Source: Prorocentrum cordatum (taxonomy: Eukaryota). From it: 64,000 nt of DNA. Position 1 is the stretch's first letter; every line of letters starts with the position of its first letter. Shown here one piece after another: positions 24,106 to 37,515 of the stretch. Below the pieces are notes generated by a model. The model did no database searches. It was given only the letters and a program-made list of their open reading frames with translations, and was not told the origin of the DNA. The translations under genes were made by a program, and so were the position numbers. Location of the stretch: NCBI GenBank assembly GCA_963575745.1, contig CAUYUJ010000002.1:1364001-1428000 (forward strand), written 5' to 3'.

Positions 24106-26973
24106 AGTCAGATGTTGGTTCCCCCCTCTCCCCCCCCCAAAACCTCCTTATCACCCGAAGGGTGATCGTATAAGTAAATATAACGACGACGATGACGGAC
24201 CGACGGTAACGCAGGCTGACAATCGGTGCCGATCCCCTCAACAATCGTCAGAGGGCTGCACGCGGAGGCCTGGAGCACAGAGTGGGGTGATACGGATCAA
24301 GCCCGAAGCGTAGCACAGCAATCGAAGAAGGAAGGAGATGAGAGCGAGGGCATCCTGAGCCAAGAGAAAAGCGCTGGCATGTGTGCTGCTCCTGCCGACG
24401 AGACCCTCAGCTAAGACCTTCACGATCAATACACGTGCGACCAGGGTGTAAACCCATGGAATATGATTCGATTGAACAGCCGAGCTTCGGGATTTCAAAC
24501 AAGGTGCACGTGCTGTCACGCTAGCAGGCGAAGCACATGCGGTTAAGGGAAAGAGAGCACAGTTTTCGAACTCCGAACCATGACTAACAGTACTCCGTTG
24601 TGAACGCTCTTGTTCCTCCATGTGGGAAGACTTTAAGCGTTTTGCAGAAAGAGAGGAATCAGCGGAGCATAAGGGGAGAAGGAGGCGGAGAGGATGGAGA
24701 AAGAGAGAGAGAGAGAGAGACAACTGATGGGATAATACATGTTTCCTGCAGAGGGAGATAATCCGAATCCGCACCTTGGACACGGTATGACAATAATGCG
24801 AGAACGGAGCTCGCATTCAAGGAGAGGCACTCGGCAACACGTCTGTCAATGGCCGACAGAACGTGATCCCTAGCTCGGATTCAAGAGGTGATGTTGCTGG
24901 CTCCAACGGGTGGAGGCTGAGCACAGCCGCCCTAATCCCACCAGCCCTTTCAGATCGCGAATGGTTCAGAGCGCTCCCTCTTCCGACCCCCTTTTCCACC
25001 CCTACTAATTCTCCCCCCTCCCCCCCTCTCCGCACCTCGAGGATAATTCACGACACGCTGGAAAAGTCAGGCCCGCGATCTGTATTGACAGTAATCTGGG
25101 CGTCCGTCGCAGCTCTGCAGCGAGCTCCTGGAAAAAACGCCTCGGGAACGCGGGAGCCGCGATCGCGGGCCCGCTGTTCCGCGGTCTGAAAGCCAGCTGG
25201 GCCGTTGGAGAGGAGCAAGAAGGAGGAAGGGGAGGAGGAGGGGGAGGAGGGGGAGGAGGAGGGCATGCGTCCTGAGACGGCCAGGAAACCAGATTAATGG
25301 ATACATGCAGTCCCTGCCCGAACGAGGCAAGCATCCCCGTCACGGACGAGGCCAGGAGCCAGAGAAGGTGAGACGGCATCGCCTCGTCTACGTGCTTCCT
25401 GCAACGCGGCGAATCTGGGGCACTCCTTACGCCCCAGTTTCTTAGAACAGAGCACGCGCGCAACATTGCTGCGCGAGGCTTCGGCACTGCTGCGCTGGAC
25501 CCCAGGGTGTTGAAACCGTGGTGAGCTTAGGCTACGGACGCGTTGCCCGTTCGCCACTGCTGCGCCCGGTCGCCGCCACCATGCCGAGGCGGCACAGGCC
25601 TTTGGTTCAGACCGAGGCCACGTGCTGCGTGCTACCAGTCTTGTGTCGACAGCGGTGGAGACGCCCATACACGCCGTGCGCACTGGTAGCAGCAACGCGC
25701 GGTGAAAACTGCAGGCCAGCAAGGTCTCCATGTGCCCCGCCCCTCTCTGCTGATGCGTCGATGGGACTGATGTTCGTAACATCGAGTTCTTTGGGGAGCC
25801 CGAAGCCTAGAAATATCCACCGACGCCGAAATTGAGAAGAAGACTTAGCGCGTCTTGTCGTGACACCGAAGGTCAGGAGGAGGAAGAGTAGGAGGGAGAA
25901 GAGGAGGAGGGGGAGGAGGAGGATGAAGACCACCACGCCATGTCACAGGGTGACGATGACGGTCGGCTCGCAAATGTCGATGGGCTCTGAGTTGTCATCG
26001 CCTCCGCCGACCTCAGGGGCATCCGGCAGAAGCAAGACCACCTGCTTGATCGGCGACCTGGTGGTGTTCTGCTTGCCCTTCCGAGATGTCTCCGAGCTCC
26101 AGAACAGGAAGCTGAAGATGGAGGAGGCCTGCATCCCTGGCATCGCGCCTGGTAGGGTAATCGGTGGAATTACCTGCGCTCGCGAGGAGCACTTGTAGAG
26201 GGAGCGGCTTGAACCAAAGTGTCTACGGATGGCGTATGTGACATATTGCGACGCTGCTATTTCTGGTGGTTAAGCTCGCGTGTACCGTCGGCCTTGTGTT
26301 GCCAACAAAGACAAGGATCCCTCGTTCGCTTGTCATCGAGAACTCGTGCGCGGCCACTCTTGCAACTCAAGCCGCCTCATCCGCCCGCGTGCCAGATGAA
26401 CCATGGGCGAACATCATGACGATCGAGCGGACTGCCTACCTTATCAGGCATCGCCTACCCTCGAGGCCCTGCAGGCGGAAGAAGGGGCGGGAGCGCGCCC
26501 GAAGGTGAAAAGACCTCCTCCTCCTCCTCCTCCTCCTCCTCCATCCCGCTCATTTCTCTGTTCGGTCCATGTTCTCCAGACACTTGCTCGACGAATCCAG
26601 GCATAGAGGTAGAGTGCGTCGAGCTTCGGCATCCAAGGCGACCGCTTCTGAGTGGTGGATTATCCTTGTTTCGAACCCCAGTGTGCCAATTCGAAGCGTT
26701 GGAAATCCTTGTCGAGGGGCGGCTGCAAATCGCTGAGGGTTGGGCTGAGGGGACGCATCACAAGATGTTGTCCAAGGCACTTAATTGCGAGGCGGGGATT
26801 CTCCATATCCACCGCCTAGTCAACCGACGTCCTGGGACCCCAGCTGGCGGTAGGCGTTGGATATATGTTTGCCCCAGGGGTCCCGAGTATATCCACATCC
26901 ACCGCCTGCCGAAATCCCCGAAGATCGATCTCATAGACACTAATGATGGATAAATCCTTGCCTCGGGTGAATG

Positions 26974-29900
26974 CCGTTTTTGAATCTAGTAAACTGGCTT
27001 GCTGCGTTTGCACAATGATGTTTTGTCTAATTTTGATTAGGCGGCACAATTTAATACATCCGTCTCTCGCTTAAGTGAATCATCGCTTTCTCAAATATTC
27101 CCTACCTAGGCTCTGCCTAGAAGGGTTCTTACTTTCTTGGCTTAAAGGGGCCAGGCAGTGCACCCCGCCCCGGGCGATCCCCCCGGTTCCCTGGGAGCCA
27201 AGCAAAAGCAACAGCAAAGGTAAAAGCAAACGCGCGGTTCCCCCAGTTGCGCTCCCTGGGTACCAAGCAAAAGCAAAAGCAAAGGCAAAAGTGAAGGCGA
27301 AAGCGAAGACAAAGCAAAAGCATAGCATAGCATAGCATAGCATAGCATAGCGCAGCATAGCATAGCGCAGCATAGCATAGCCTAGCCTAGCCTAGCCTAG
27401 CCTAGCCTAGCCCAGCATAGCATTGCGCAGCATAGCATAGCATAGCATAGCACAGCACAGCACAGCATAGCATAGCATAGCATAGCGCAGCGCAGCATAG
27501 CATAGCATAGCGCAGCACAGCATCCACTACTGCTACAACTACGACGATGAGGAGAAGGAGGAGGACGGCGTTTACCGCTCCTACTAATGTTGCTTTCCTA
27601 GAGGCTCCAACTCCTAGGTAGGCTCGCACTGGGATAACTTGTTTTAAGCGTGCTCTCACATTCATTACCATGATTAGCCAGTCGGGCTGCGGGGGCGGAT
27701 CCCGGCGTGCGGGACCGCGATGCCGCCGCCGCCGAGCCCATAATCGTGGAAGAATTCGGACACTGAATCAAAGGTCTGGTGAGCGTTCTCTTATTCGGCG
27801 TTTCGACATTGGGCGGAAAGGGAGGGAGGGGGGGGTCTAGCTCCGTACCTCTGCTTGGTGCGACTGTTTGCAGCAGTGTATCCATTGTGGGGGAGACTCC
27901 TCACCTGCTCGAAACAGGCGCCCCAAAACAGCCAAGACATACCCCATGGGGGGGGACGGGGGGTTGGCGAGTGCCCGCGCCGATCGGCAAAACAATGAAT
28001 GAAAATACGATTACCAACCGATCGTGGTGTTCGGAGATGCTTCTGGTGGTAAGATGACTGCGGAGTCGAGTTTTGTGCGAGGCGGCGGCGCCGTCACTGT
28101 TTTGTCAAGGTTTGAACCCTGTGGTGTTCGGACTTTACTGACGGGGCCACTGCTGGGCCCGAAGCAATCTGTGCATCGGGTGAATTGCGCTGGTTTCTGG
28201 TTTTGTGATCACGCGAGGGCACATGGCGCGTGTGACATATATTGTTTGTTTCCTGCAGAGGGAGAATCCGCGTACGAGAAACGTGCTCCCATTCAAAGAG
28301 AGGCCCTCGGCAACACGTCTGTCATTGGCCGACAGATCAGGAACCCGAGCTCGAATGGCCTCTGGCCAGCCGGCGACAGGCAATGCAACGTCGGCACCTA
28401 CATTCGAAGGCTAGCACTTGCGATTATCGTGCCGATTGCGAGCGCCTGAATATGTTCCTCACTATGCGGGATACCTGTGGGCTGGATCAACTATCGCAGC
28501 GAACAGCGCAACCAACGCGGACGGAAACACAGGGTGGACAGCTGGTTTATACGATCACGTATAGACACGATCGTCTGAACATTTCTCTTCCCCACCATGC
28601 GGGATAATTACCTGTGGGCTGGGTCAACTACCACAGCGCACAGCGCAACCAACGCAGAGGGAAAACAGGATGGACAGCTGGAATATACGATCACGTGTAG
28701 AGACGATGGCCTGAACATTGTGGTTCCCATCATGCGGGATACCTGTGGGCTGGGTCAACTACCACAGCGCACAGAGCAACCAACGCGGAGGGAAAAACAT
28801 GATCGACAGCTCGAATATACGATCACGAGAAAAGACGATCGCACAACGCAACTCGCACAGATAAATAAAAATCGGAGGTTGGGGAGTGAGATCGCAGTGG
28901 AACGGAGACCCCCAACCGGGAAATAGTTTCGTTTCGTTCGTGACGTGCGTGCGGGCGAGGCGAAGCTGCGTGGGCGCGCGAGAGGAATGAACCCGCCGCT
29001 GCTAGGGCGAAGTCAAGACAAATGAATATCCTCCGCCAACCCGTCCAGCGGTGGCACGCGGTGTGCCCCGATGTCCCGTGGTGTCCCGTGGTGTCCGCCG
29101 CTGCTAGGGCGAAGTCAAGACAAATGGGTCTCCCCCGCCCGCCCGTCTCGCGGTGGCTCGCGGTGTGCCCCTGTGTCCCGTGGTGTCCCGTGGTGTCCCG
29201 TTGAGTGAGATCGATAGTGAGATCGATAGTGAGATCGATGTGGTGCCCCAGGGTGGCCCGTGGTGTCCGTGGTGTACCAAAAAGTGAAATCGATGGTGAG
29301 GTCGAGAGGTGTCCCGCGGTGTCCCGTGGTGTCCCGTGGTGTCCCGTTGAGTGAGATCGATAGTGAGATCGATAGTGAGATCGATCCTGAGATCGATGTG
29401 GTGCCCCGAGGTGTCCCGTGGTGTCCTATGGTGTCCCGTTGAGTGAGATCGATAGTGAGATCGATAGTGAGATTGATAGTGAGATCGAGAGGTGTCCTGC
29501 GGTGTCCCGTGGTGTCCCGTGGTTGCCCGTGGTGTCCCGCTGAGTGAGATCGATAGTGAGATCGATAGTGAGATCGACAAGTGCCCCGTGGTGTCACGTG
29601 GTATCCCGTTGAGTGAGATCGATAGTGAGATCGATTGAGTCAGATGTTGGTTCCCCCCTCTCCCCCCCCCACAACCTCCTTATCACCCGAAGGGTGATCG
29701 TATAAGTAAATATAACAACGACGATGACGGACCGACGGTAACGCAGGCTGACAATCGGTGCCGATCCCCTCAACAATCGTCAGAGGGCTGCACGCGGAGG
29801 CCTGGAGCACAGAGTGGGGTGATACGGATCAAGCCCGAAGCGTAGCACAGCAATCGAAGACGGAAGGAGATGAGAGCGAGGGCATCCTGAGCCAAGAGAA

Positions 29901-32505
29901 AAGCGCTGGCATGTGTGCTGCTCCTGCCGACGAGACCCTCAGCTAAGACCATCACGATCAATACACGTGCGACCAGGGTGTAAACCCATGGAATATGATT
30001 CGATTGAACAGCCGAGCTTCGGGATTTCAAACAAGGTGCACGTGCTGTCACGCTAGCAGGCGAAGCACATGCGGTTAAGGGAAAGAGAGCACAGTTTTCG
30101 AACTCCGAACCATGACTAACAGTACTCCGTTGTGAACGCTCTTGTTCCTCCATGTGGGAAGACTTTAAGCGTTTTGCAGAAAGAGAGGAATCAGAGGAGC
30201 ATAAGGGGAGAAGGAGGCGGAGAGGATGGAGAAAGAGAGAGAGAGAGAGACAACTGATGGGATAATACATGTTTCCTGCAGAGGGAGATAATCCGAATCC
30301 GCACCTTGGACACGGTATGACAATAATGCGAGAACGGAGCTCGCATTCAAGGAGAGGCACTCGGCAACACGTCTGTCAATGGCCGACAGAACGTGATCCC
30401 TAGCTCGGATTCAAGAGGCGATGTTGCTGGCTCCAACGGGTGGAGGCTGAGCACAGCCGCCCTAATCCCACCAGCCCTTTCAGGTCGCGAATGGTTCAGA
30501 GCGCTCCCTCTTCCGACCCCCTTTTCCACCCCTACTAATTCTCCCCCCTCCCCCCCTCTCCGCACCTCGAGGATAATTCACGACACGCTGGAAAAGTCAG
30601 GCCCGCGATCTGTATTGACAGTAATCTGGGCGTCCGTCGCAGCTCTGCAGCGAGCTCCTGGAAAAAACGCCTCGGGAACGCGGGAGCCGCGATCGCGGGC
30701 CCGCTGTTCCGCGGTCTGAAAGCCAGCTGGGCCGTTGGAGAGGAGCAAGAAGGAGGAAGGGGAGGAGGAGGGGGAGGAGGGGGAGGAGGAGGGCATGCGT
30801 CCTGAGACGGCCAGGAAACCAGATTAATGGATACATGCAGTCCCTGCCCGAACGAGGCAAGCATCCCCGTCACGGACGAGGCCAGGAGCCAGAGAAGGTG
30901 AGACGGCATCGCCTCGTTTACGTGCTTCCTGCAACGCGGCGAATCTGGGGCACTCCTTACGCCCCAGTTTCTTAGAACAGAGCACGCGCGCAACATTGCT
31001 GCGCGAGGCTTCGGCACTGCTGCGCTGGACCCCAGGGTGTTGAAACCGTGGTGAGCTTAGGCTACGGACGCGTTGCCCGTTCGCCACTGCTGCGCCCGGT
31101 CGCCGCCACCATGCCGAGGCGGCACAGGCCTTTGGTTCAGACCGAGGCCACGTGCTGCGTGCTACCAGTCTTGTGTCGACAGCGGTGGAGACGCCCATAC
31201 ACGCCGTGCGCACTGGTAGCAGCAACGCGCGGTGAAAACTGCAGGCCAGCAAGGTCTCCATGTGCCCCGCCCCTCTCTGCTGATGCGTCGATGGGACTGA
31301 TGTTCGTAACATCGAGTTCTTTGGGGAGCCCGAAGCCTAGAAATATCCACCGACGCCGAAATTGAGAAGAAGACTTAGCGCGTCTTGTCGTGACACCGAA
31401 GGTCAGGAGGAGGAAGAGGAGGAGGGAGAAGAGGAGGAGGGGGAGGAGGAGGATGAAGACCACCACGCCATGTCACAGGGTGACGATGACGGTCGGCTCG
31501 CAAATGTCGATGGGCTCTGAGTTGTCATCGCCTCCGCCGACCTCAGGGGCATCCGGCAGAAGCAAGACCACCTGCTTGATCGGCGACCTGGTGGTGTTCT
31601 GCTTGCCCTTCCGAGATGTCTCCGAGCTCCGGAACAGGAAGCTGAAGATGGAGGAGGCCTGCATCCCTGGCATCGCGCCTGGTAGGGTAATCGGTGGAAT
31701 TACCTGCGCTCGCGAGGAGCACTTGTAGAGGGAGCGGCTTGAACCAAAGTGTCTACGGATGGCGTATGTGACATATTGCGACGCTGCTATTTCTGGTGGT
31801 TAAGCTCGCGTGTACCGTCGGCCTTGTGTTGCCAACAAAGACAAGGATCCCTCCTTCGCTTGTCATCGAGAACTCGTGCGCGGCCACTCTTGCAACTCAA
31901 GCCGCCTCATCCACCCGCGTGCCAGATGAACCATGGGCGAACATCATGACGATCGAGCGGACTGCCTACCTTATCAGGCATCGCCTACCCTCGAGGCCCT
32001 GCAGGCGGAAGAAGGGGCGGGAGCGCGCCCGAAGGTGAAAAGACCTCCTCCTCCTCCTCCTCCTCCTCCTCCATCCCGCTCATTTCTCTGTTCGGTCCAT
32101 GTTCTCCAGACACTTGCTCGACGAATCCAGGCATAGAGGTAGAGTGCGTCGAGCTTCGGCATCCAAGGCGACCGCTTCTGAGTGGTGGATTATCCTTGTT
32201 TCGAACCCCAGTGTGCCAATTCGAAGCGTTGGAAATCCTTGTCGAGGGGCGGCTGCAAATCGCTGAGGGTTGGGCTGAGGGGACGCATCACAAGATGTTG
32301 TCCAAGGCACTTAATTGCGAGGCGGGGATTCTCCATATCCACCGCCTAGTCAACCGACGTCCTGGGACCCCAGCTGGCGGTAGGCGTTGGATATATGTTT
32401 GCCCCAGGGGTCCCGAGTATATCCACATCCACCGCCTGCCGAAATCCCCGAAGATCGATCTCATAGACACTAATGATGGATAAATCCTTGCCTCGGGTGA
32501 ATGCC
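26974..32505 (+). repeat. Tandem segmental duplication, copy 2
   Basis: Begins CCGTTTTTGAATCTAGTAAACTGG and ends GGGTGAATGCC; CC microhomology at the junction. Confidence 0.97.
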
Positions 32506-32983
32506 TGTCTGGTGTTCTGTATCGTGTGGCCACTTTGCCCATTCGCAGATTCGCGAGCGGGGTAAGCCATGATCGTGTCGGCTGTCATCGTCGGGATTAC
32601 CTAACTCGGACTGAGGGTGGGAAGCAGCGCAAGCAGCTTAGCAGGGCTGAGCAGCTTCGTCGCTCGTAGCTCGTTTCGACCAGTACGTGGGATTGCTCGA
32701 ACCTCGAACCTCCTCCTCCTTTCCCTCCTCCTGCTCGTTCTCCTCCTTATCCTCCTCATCCTCCTGCTCGTCCTCCTCCTCCTCCGCCTCCGCCTCTGCT
32801 TCCCGTTGCTCCCGGTGCTTCTGGTGTTGCTCCTCCCCCTCCTGCCTGCTGGCTGCTGCGGCTCCTCCCCCTTAGAGCGGCCTTCGTAGACAGCCATGAG
32901 GAAGCGGGCGACGAGATTCGACTCCCAGAGGGGGGCGGAGGGGTGCACCTCACTGTCACCGTGGCTTTGACTGCCCAGGCAAC

Positions 32984-33047
32984 CCATCTGACAGTTGACG
33001 TTCACGACGGCGCCCTCTCTGGACCAGCCCCGCAGCACCTCCATGAC
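32984..33047 (-). CDS. Exon of dual-specificity phosphatase-like gene (catalytic Cys)
   Basis: CAG|GTC ATG... encodes VMEVLRGWSREGAVVNVNCQM plus 1 nt, then a GT donor at 32983-32982. Matches the 'G.kVlVhC..G' segment of DSPs. Confidence 0.85.
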
Positions 33048-34991
33048 CTGCAGACGCTGCGCCACGAGGCGATCTCTCCTCATCCTCATCTCCCCTCTCC
33101 AGCATGATCCCAGTCTTCCTCCTCAATTGTCGTTCAAGATTCCAGGATGCCCCGCGAACACGAACAGATACGTGCAAATCACCACCACCACCAACCCTGA
33201 ACCCCTTCTCCACTCCGCTTGAGGGTGGCGGCAATCATTATTAATCCTGGTTTCTCCCCTACGGTCTGCCTTCCTCCCCTACTCCACCCCCTCACTCATG
33301 TTTCCAATTTCCTCCCTCCTCCTCCTCCTCCTAAACCTATCCTCTCGGGCAAGGGGGTCTGGGTGACGAATGTGCGCCGGCCAACTTCCGTCAAAGCCAT
33401 TGAGAAATATGGCCCGGCCTAGAAGCGCAGCCGCGAGATGGCGTCCCTGGCTGCTTCCCCTCTCTCGTCCCCTCTTTCTTCGGCGCCCCCGCCCTGCAAT
33501 CAAGTGAGCTCCGAAAAACAAATCCTTCGAGGCGATCTCCGGACACCATCTGGAGTCCGCCTCCAGTTCACGCCGCGCTTCAGCGGGAGTCACTTCATCC
33601 TTCGACGAGATCGGCCTACTACTCACAAAGTAGCTACTGGCAAATGGCCCGAATCCACCGCGAGGGGGATGCGCCCCATTACATAGGAGGAAGCCATGTT
33701 TCTCGGACGCGAGTAGGCACCCTGCGAGTAGTGGAACGCGCTCGGTGAATCCTGAGCGACCCGACCCGAGCGACGGCAGCCACGACGGCGATGGCCAGGC
33801 GGCGCCAGCGGCGAAGACCGAGCCCCGCAGCCGCTAACACGGTGGGGCCTGCTCGTGAGCGGAGGCAGACAGTTGCAACAGGGGTGGTCGGTGTGAGGCG
33901 GCGCAGGCGGGGATCAGCTCGCGCGCGAAGGCAGGCCATGGCCGAGCGATCGGCTGTGCGAGGTGGTGCGAATCACCTTCCGCTGCAAAGCTGAAGCCAG
34001 CTTCTGCGATATACGGACGCCAGGACTGCTCACTCTGCGAGAAAGAGCCGATGCAAACGCCAAGATTGATGGGCCTGTTTGCCACCACCACCACCATAAA
34101 TTGGAGGGGGAGGGGGTCATCCTCCTCCTCCTCCACCTCCTCCTCCTCGTCCTCCTCCTCCTCCTCGTCCTCCTCCTCCTCTTCGTCCTCCTCCTCCTCC
34201 TCCTCATCATCCTCCGCTTTCCCCCCTTCAGCTTATGTTGGTGGTGGTGGTTATGGAAAACAGGCCCATCAAAGTACGAGATCAAAAAGCATGAAGGTGG
34301 GATCGGCCCGTGCGAGCAGGCATGCAATGGCAACTCGGCGAAGCAAGAGCCGTGCCACATCGGCCAACTGCGCTGGCGCTGCCAGTGCGAGGTGGAGCAA
34401 GAACCAAGCACCTCGAGGCGGCCGGGCAGTCTGAACTGGTTGGGGCCGAACACGGGCTCCCAACTTCGCGCTTCGCGCTGCGCGAAGCGCGAAGTGCGAA
34501 TAACTTAGCGCTCTCGCGCCGCCTCCCAGGAGAGAAGAGGAGGATGGAGAGGAATCGGAGCCGAACCGCGAAGCGCGAAGAACTTCGCGCCCGAGGGCGC
34601 CCTTGAGCCACGCACCTCGAGCTGACTGGGGAGTCTGAACTGGTTGGGGCCCAACCAGAAGATCGGTCGGGAGGGGAAGATGGGGCCAAATCCGATCAAA
34701 ATCGGTCCCCGGACCCCTCCCAGGTCCATCTGGTTCAGTTTCTTAACCCGGACCCATTGTTCGCGGTCCCGGGGCCCGAAAACTGCCCCCCGGAGGCCGA
34801 ACAAGGCAAAAAGCCTTCCCGAGCCCAGAACTTCGAACCTGCCCGCCCTTCCTGATGGCCAGAACCAGTGCTGGGCCACCTCAGGCCCGCAGACCGCTCC
34901 AACTGAACACTACGAGCTGCAACACTGGGCTGCGCTCGTGCGGAAGAGGGCAGGGCGGTGGCAGCAGTGAGGGGCAACGATAGGGGGGACT

Positions 34992-35154
34992 GGCATTGGG
35001 GGGGATGCATCGACCTGGAATCGGCGATACATCGCCGATAGATCGGCGATAGGCCCCCGATAGTGAATCCGCACCTTCCTGGGCGGGTTGGTGCTATCAG
35101 ACCCCTATCGGCGATCAATGAGCTATTGGGGGTCGATGCATCCCCTCCTATGCC
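34992..35154. mobile_element. MITE-like inverted-repeat element
   Basis: GGCATTGGGGGGGATGCATCGACC (34992-35015) versus GGTCGATGCATCCCCTCCTATGCC (35131-35154), with internal ATCGGCGAT repeats. A related fragment (TCGACCTGGA.TCGGCGATACATC) lies near 45599. Confidence 0.6.
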
Positions 35155-35574
35155 TATCCCACCCCATCGTTGTCCCTGACGCCCCCAGACCCCCGACGTC
35201 ATGATGTGTTTCTGAACCTCGGCGCCCAGGCCCCGAGGCCCGGCGAGTGCCACCGGATGCAGAGCATAGCAAACACCTCCCGTCGTGACAGCCGCCTCTG
35301 GCGGACCACGCTGTCCACTCTCCTGCCTGCCTCGTTGCCCCCGAAGCAGCCCCTGGCAGGGCGGGGGGGGGGCAGAGCCGAGCATCCTCGGCTGCAGTGC
35401 CAGGGGCAGCAGCCAGGAGACGGCGCGCAGAGGCAGCGCGGCGCAGTCGTGTCGAAACGTCGGCGTCGACACGGCGTCGATGGCTCAGCCTGGACGGTTT
35501 CCCCCAGGGCCGTAGGCGACCCCAGGAGGGGAGGGCGAGGAGGGGGAGAAGGAGGAGGATGAGGAGGAGGAGGA

Positions 35575-36378
35575 GGACCAGTGGAAACCCAAGAGTCATC
35601 AACGATGTTGGAATTAACCCGTTCTCCAAGCTCCCTCTTCATAGGCCACTACAACGGATCATTTCCATTGAGGGAGCTGCCTCGCTGGAAGACATTGTTC
35701 TCGGGATTTGAACGCCGCGTATCGACCTGACTGCTGCGTCTTGACGATCCAGAATCGTGCCAGAACGCCTTCTTTGGGACTTCAACATAACGAATCGATA
35801 TAACTGCTGCGCCCGTATAATCCGGAATCCTTCCAAAACACCATGTCTGGTGCGCTGGTCAAAGGAATCCGTGAAACTCTTGAAAATGTTAGAACCGAAT
35901 GTGCGCGGCGCTACGGCGAGACCAACGTTTTGAAAAGGAGCCGCCCTCAATCCGTGAAACTCTTGCAATTGTTCAAAACGAATGTGCGCGGCGCTGACGT
36001 GAGAATCACATTTTGAAAACGACCCGCCCTCAAGCCGTGAAACTCTTGCAAATGTTTCAGACGAGTGTGCTTGGCGCTCATGCGAGAACCACATTTTGAA
36101 AACGACCCGCCCTCCATCCGTGAAGCTCTTGCTGTAACTTTTGAAAACGAATGTGCGCGGCGCTAACGCGAGAACCACATTTTGAAAACGGCCCGCCCTC
36201 CCTCCGTGAAACTCTTGCAAATGATTCAGACGAGTGTGCGCGGCGCTAAGGCAAGAACCACATGTTTGAAACTACCCGCCCTCAATCCGTGAAACTCTTG
36301 CAAATGTGTAAAACGAATGTGCGCCGCGCTAAGGCGAGAGCCACATTTTGAAAGCGACCCGCCCTCCATCTGAGAAAC
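35575..36378 (-). repeat. Dispersed repeat: 83-bp tandem array (35868-36378) plus unique tail
   Basis: GTGAA(A/G)CTCTTG recurs at 35871, 35954, 36037, 36120, 36206 and 36289; the tail is homologous to 4800-5100. Confidence 0.85.
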
Positions 36379-36849
36379 TGATGTCACCTTGTAAGCTTCA
36401 TAGTCATAAGTGGTGAGGAAGTCTCAGGCGAAACGCCCGGCCCGCCCTAAAAACTGGCCTCGGGGTGCGACGGGGGGGAATTATCTACAAGGAGAAAGAA
36501 ATGGAGGAGGAGGAAGAGAAGGAGGAGGAGGAGGAGGAGGCAGACGAGGGGGAGGAGGAAGAGGAGGAGGAGGAGAAAGAGGCGGAGGAGGATGAGGAAG
36601 AGGTGGAGGAGGATGAGGAGGAAGAGGAGGAGGACGAGGAGGAGGACGAGGACGGGTCGCCTAAACCCTTCGGAGAAACCCTCCAGCTCAGCCTTGGAAG
36701 ATCGCGACTTCTCCGTGGCGCGGATCCTTCGGTACTCGTGCCGCCAATTCCGGCGCGCCAGCATCGTCCAGCCTTGAACGCCCGAGCTGGGGTCGCCGTC
36801 GCGCCGTCACGAAGCGAGCCTACAGTTATCGTGTCACCAGAGAGAACTG

Positions 36850-37020
36850 ACGGGGCCCAGGGACACACACATAGATAGACACACATCATGGGATTGCCCA
36901 TATATTTGTGTTCCACATCTTTTCTTGACTTTCGTCTTCCCGCCCCACTTCCCATATTTTCCCTACAATTTCTTTGAAGTCGACGCTTGACTGCGCCCGT
37001 ATTTATCCCCCTCTCTGGGA
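36850..37020 (+). repeat. Dispersed repeat, homologous to 40757-40940
   Basis: Shared order GGGGCCCA-(CA)n-GATT.CCCATAT...GTCTTCCC.CCCCACTTCCCAT...TCGACG.TTGA. Confidence 0.6.
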
Positions 37021-37050
37021 ACGCTGCACCAGGCACGAAAAGGCCTCTGC

Positions 37051-37247
37051 CTGACACCGCGGGGATCGTTCAACCTTGCGCCAGTCGATGTCGGACCTGG
37101 GCGTTGGGATCGTTCAAGCTTGAACCATCGGCCGCTTCCGCAACGTCCGATCGTTCAGCATCGACCGATTCTGGGCCGCCGCCAGCGTACAACGTTGAAC
37201 GCCAGCGGCGGGGTCGCCGCCTGTCGACACGACACGAACCTGCCGTA
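37051..37247 (+). mobile_element. Partial copy (right TIR only) of the 45075-45266 MITE
   Basis: Shares CTGACACCGCGGGGATCGTT, ATCGACCGATTCTGGG and GTCGACACGACACGAACCTGCCGTA. Confidence 0.75.
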
Positions 37248-37290
37248 GGTTCCCCGACCTGCCTCGAAGCAACGGCACGAACACCCGAGC

Positions 37291-37515
37291 CCCTCCTGAG
37301 CACAACGTGGCCCTGCCTGCGACTGTACCCCCACAGGGCCCCTCCTGAGCACACATTGGCCCTGTCTACGACTGTACCTGCCGAGGGCCCCCTCCTGAGC
37401 ACAAGTTGGCCCCGCCTACGACTGTACCTACGGAGGGACCCTCCTCAGCAAAACGTGACCCTACCTACGACTCCACAAGGGGGCCCTTCCTGAGCACAAA
37501 ATTCAGCGTCTTGAC
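37291..37515 (+). repeat. ~49-bp tandem repeat (CCCTCCTGAGCACA...CCTACGACTGTACC), 5 units plus one at ~37705
   Basis: Units at 37291, 37340, 37390, 37439 and 37485. Confidence 0.85.

Larger units (their letters stand above)
21428..26973 (+). repeat. Tandem segmental duplication, copy 1 (~5.5 kb)
   Basis: Collinear with 26974-32505, with scattered substitutions and microsatellite length changes; duplicated ORF pairs appear in the track. Confidence 0.97.

Noticed and set aside
24226..26950. Protein-coding gene within the duplicated unit
   Set aside because: Short ORFs with no recognisable motif or consistent exon chain.
37291..37515. CRISPR-like 49-bp periodicity
   Set aside because: Whole units are homologous; there are no unique spacers.
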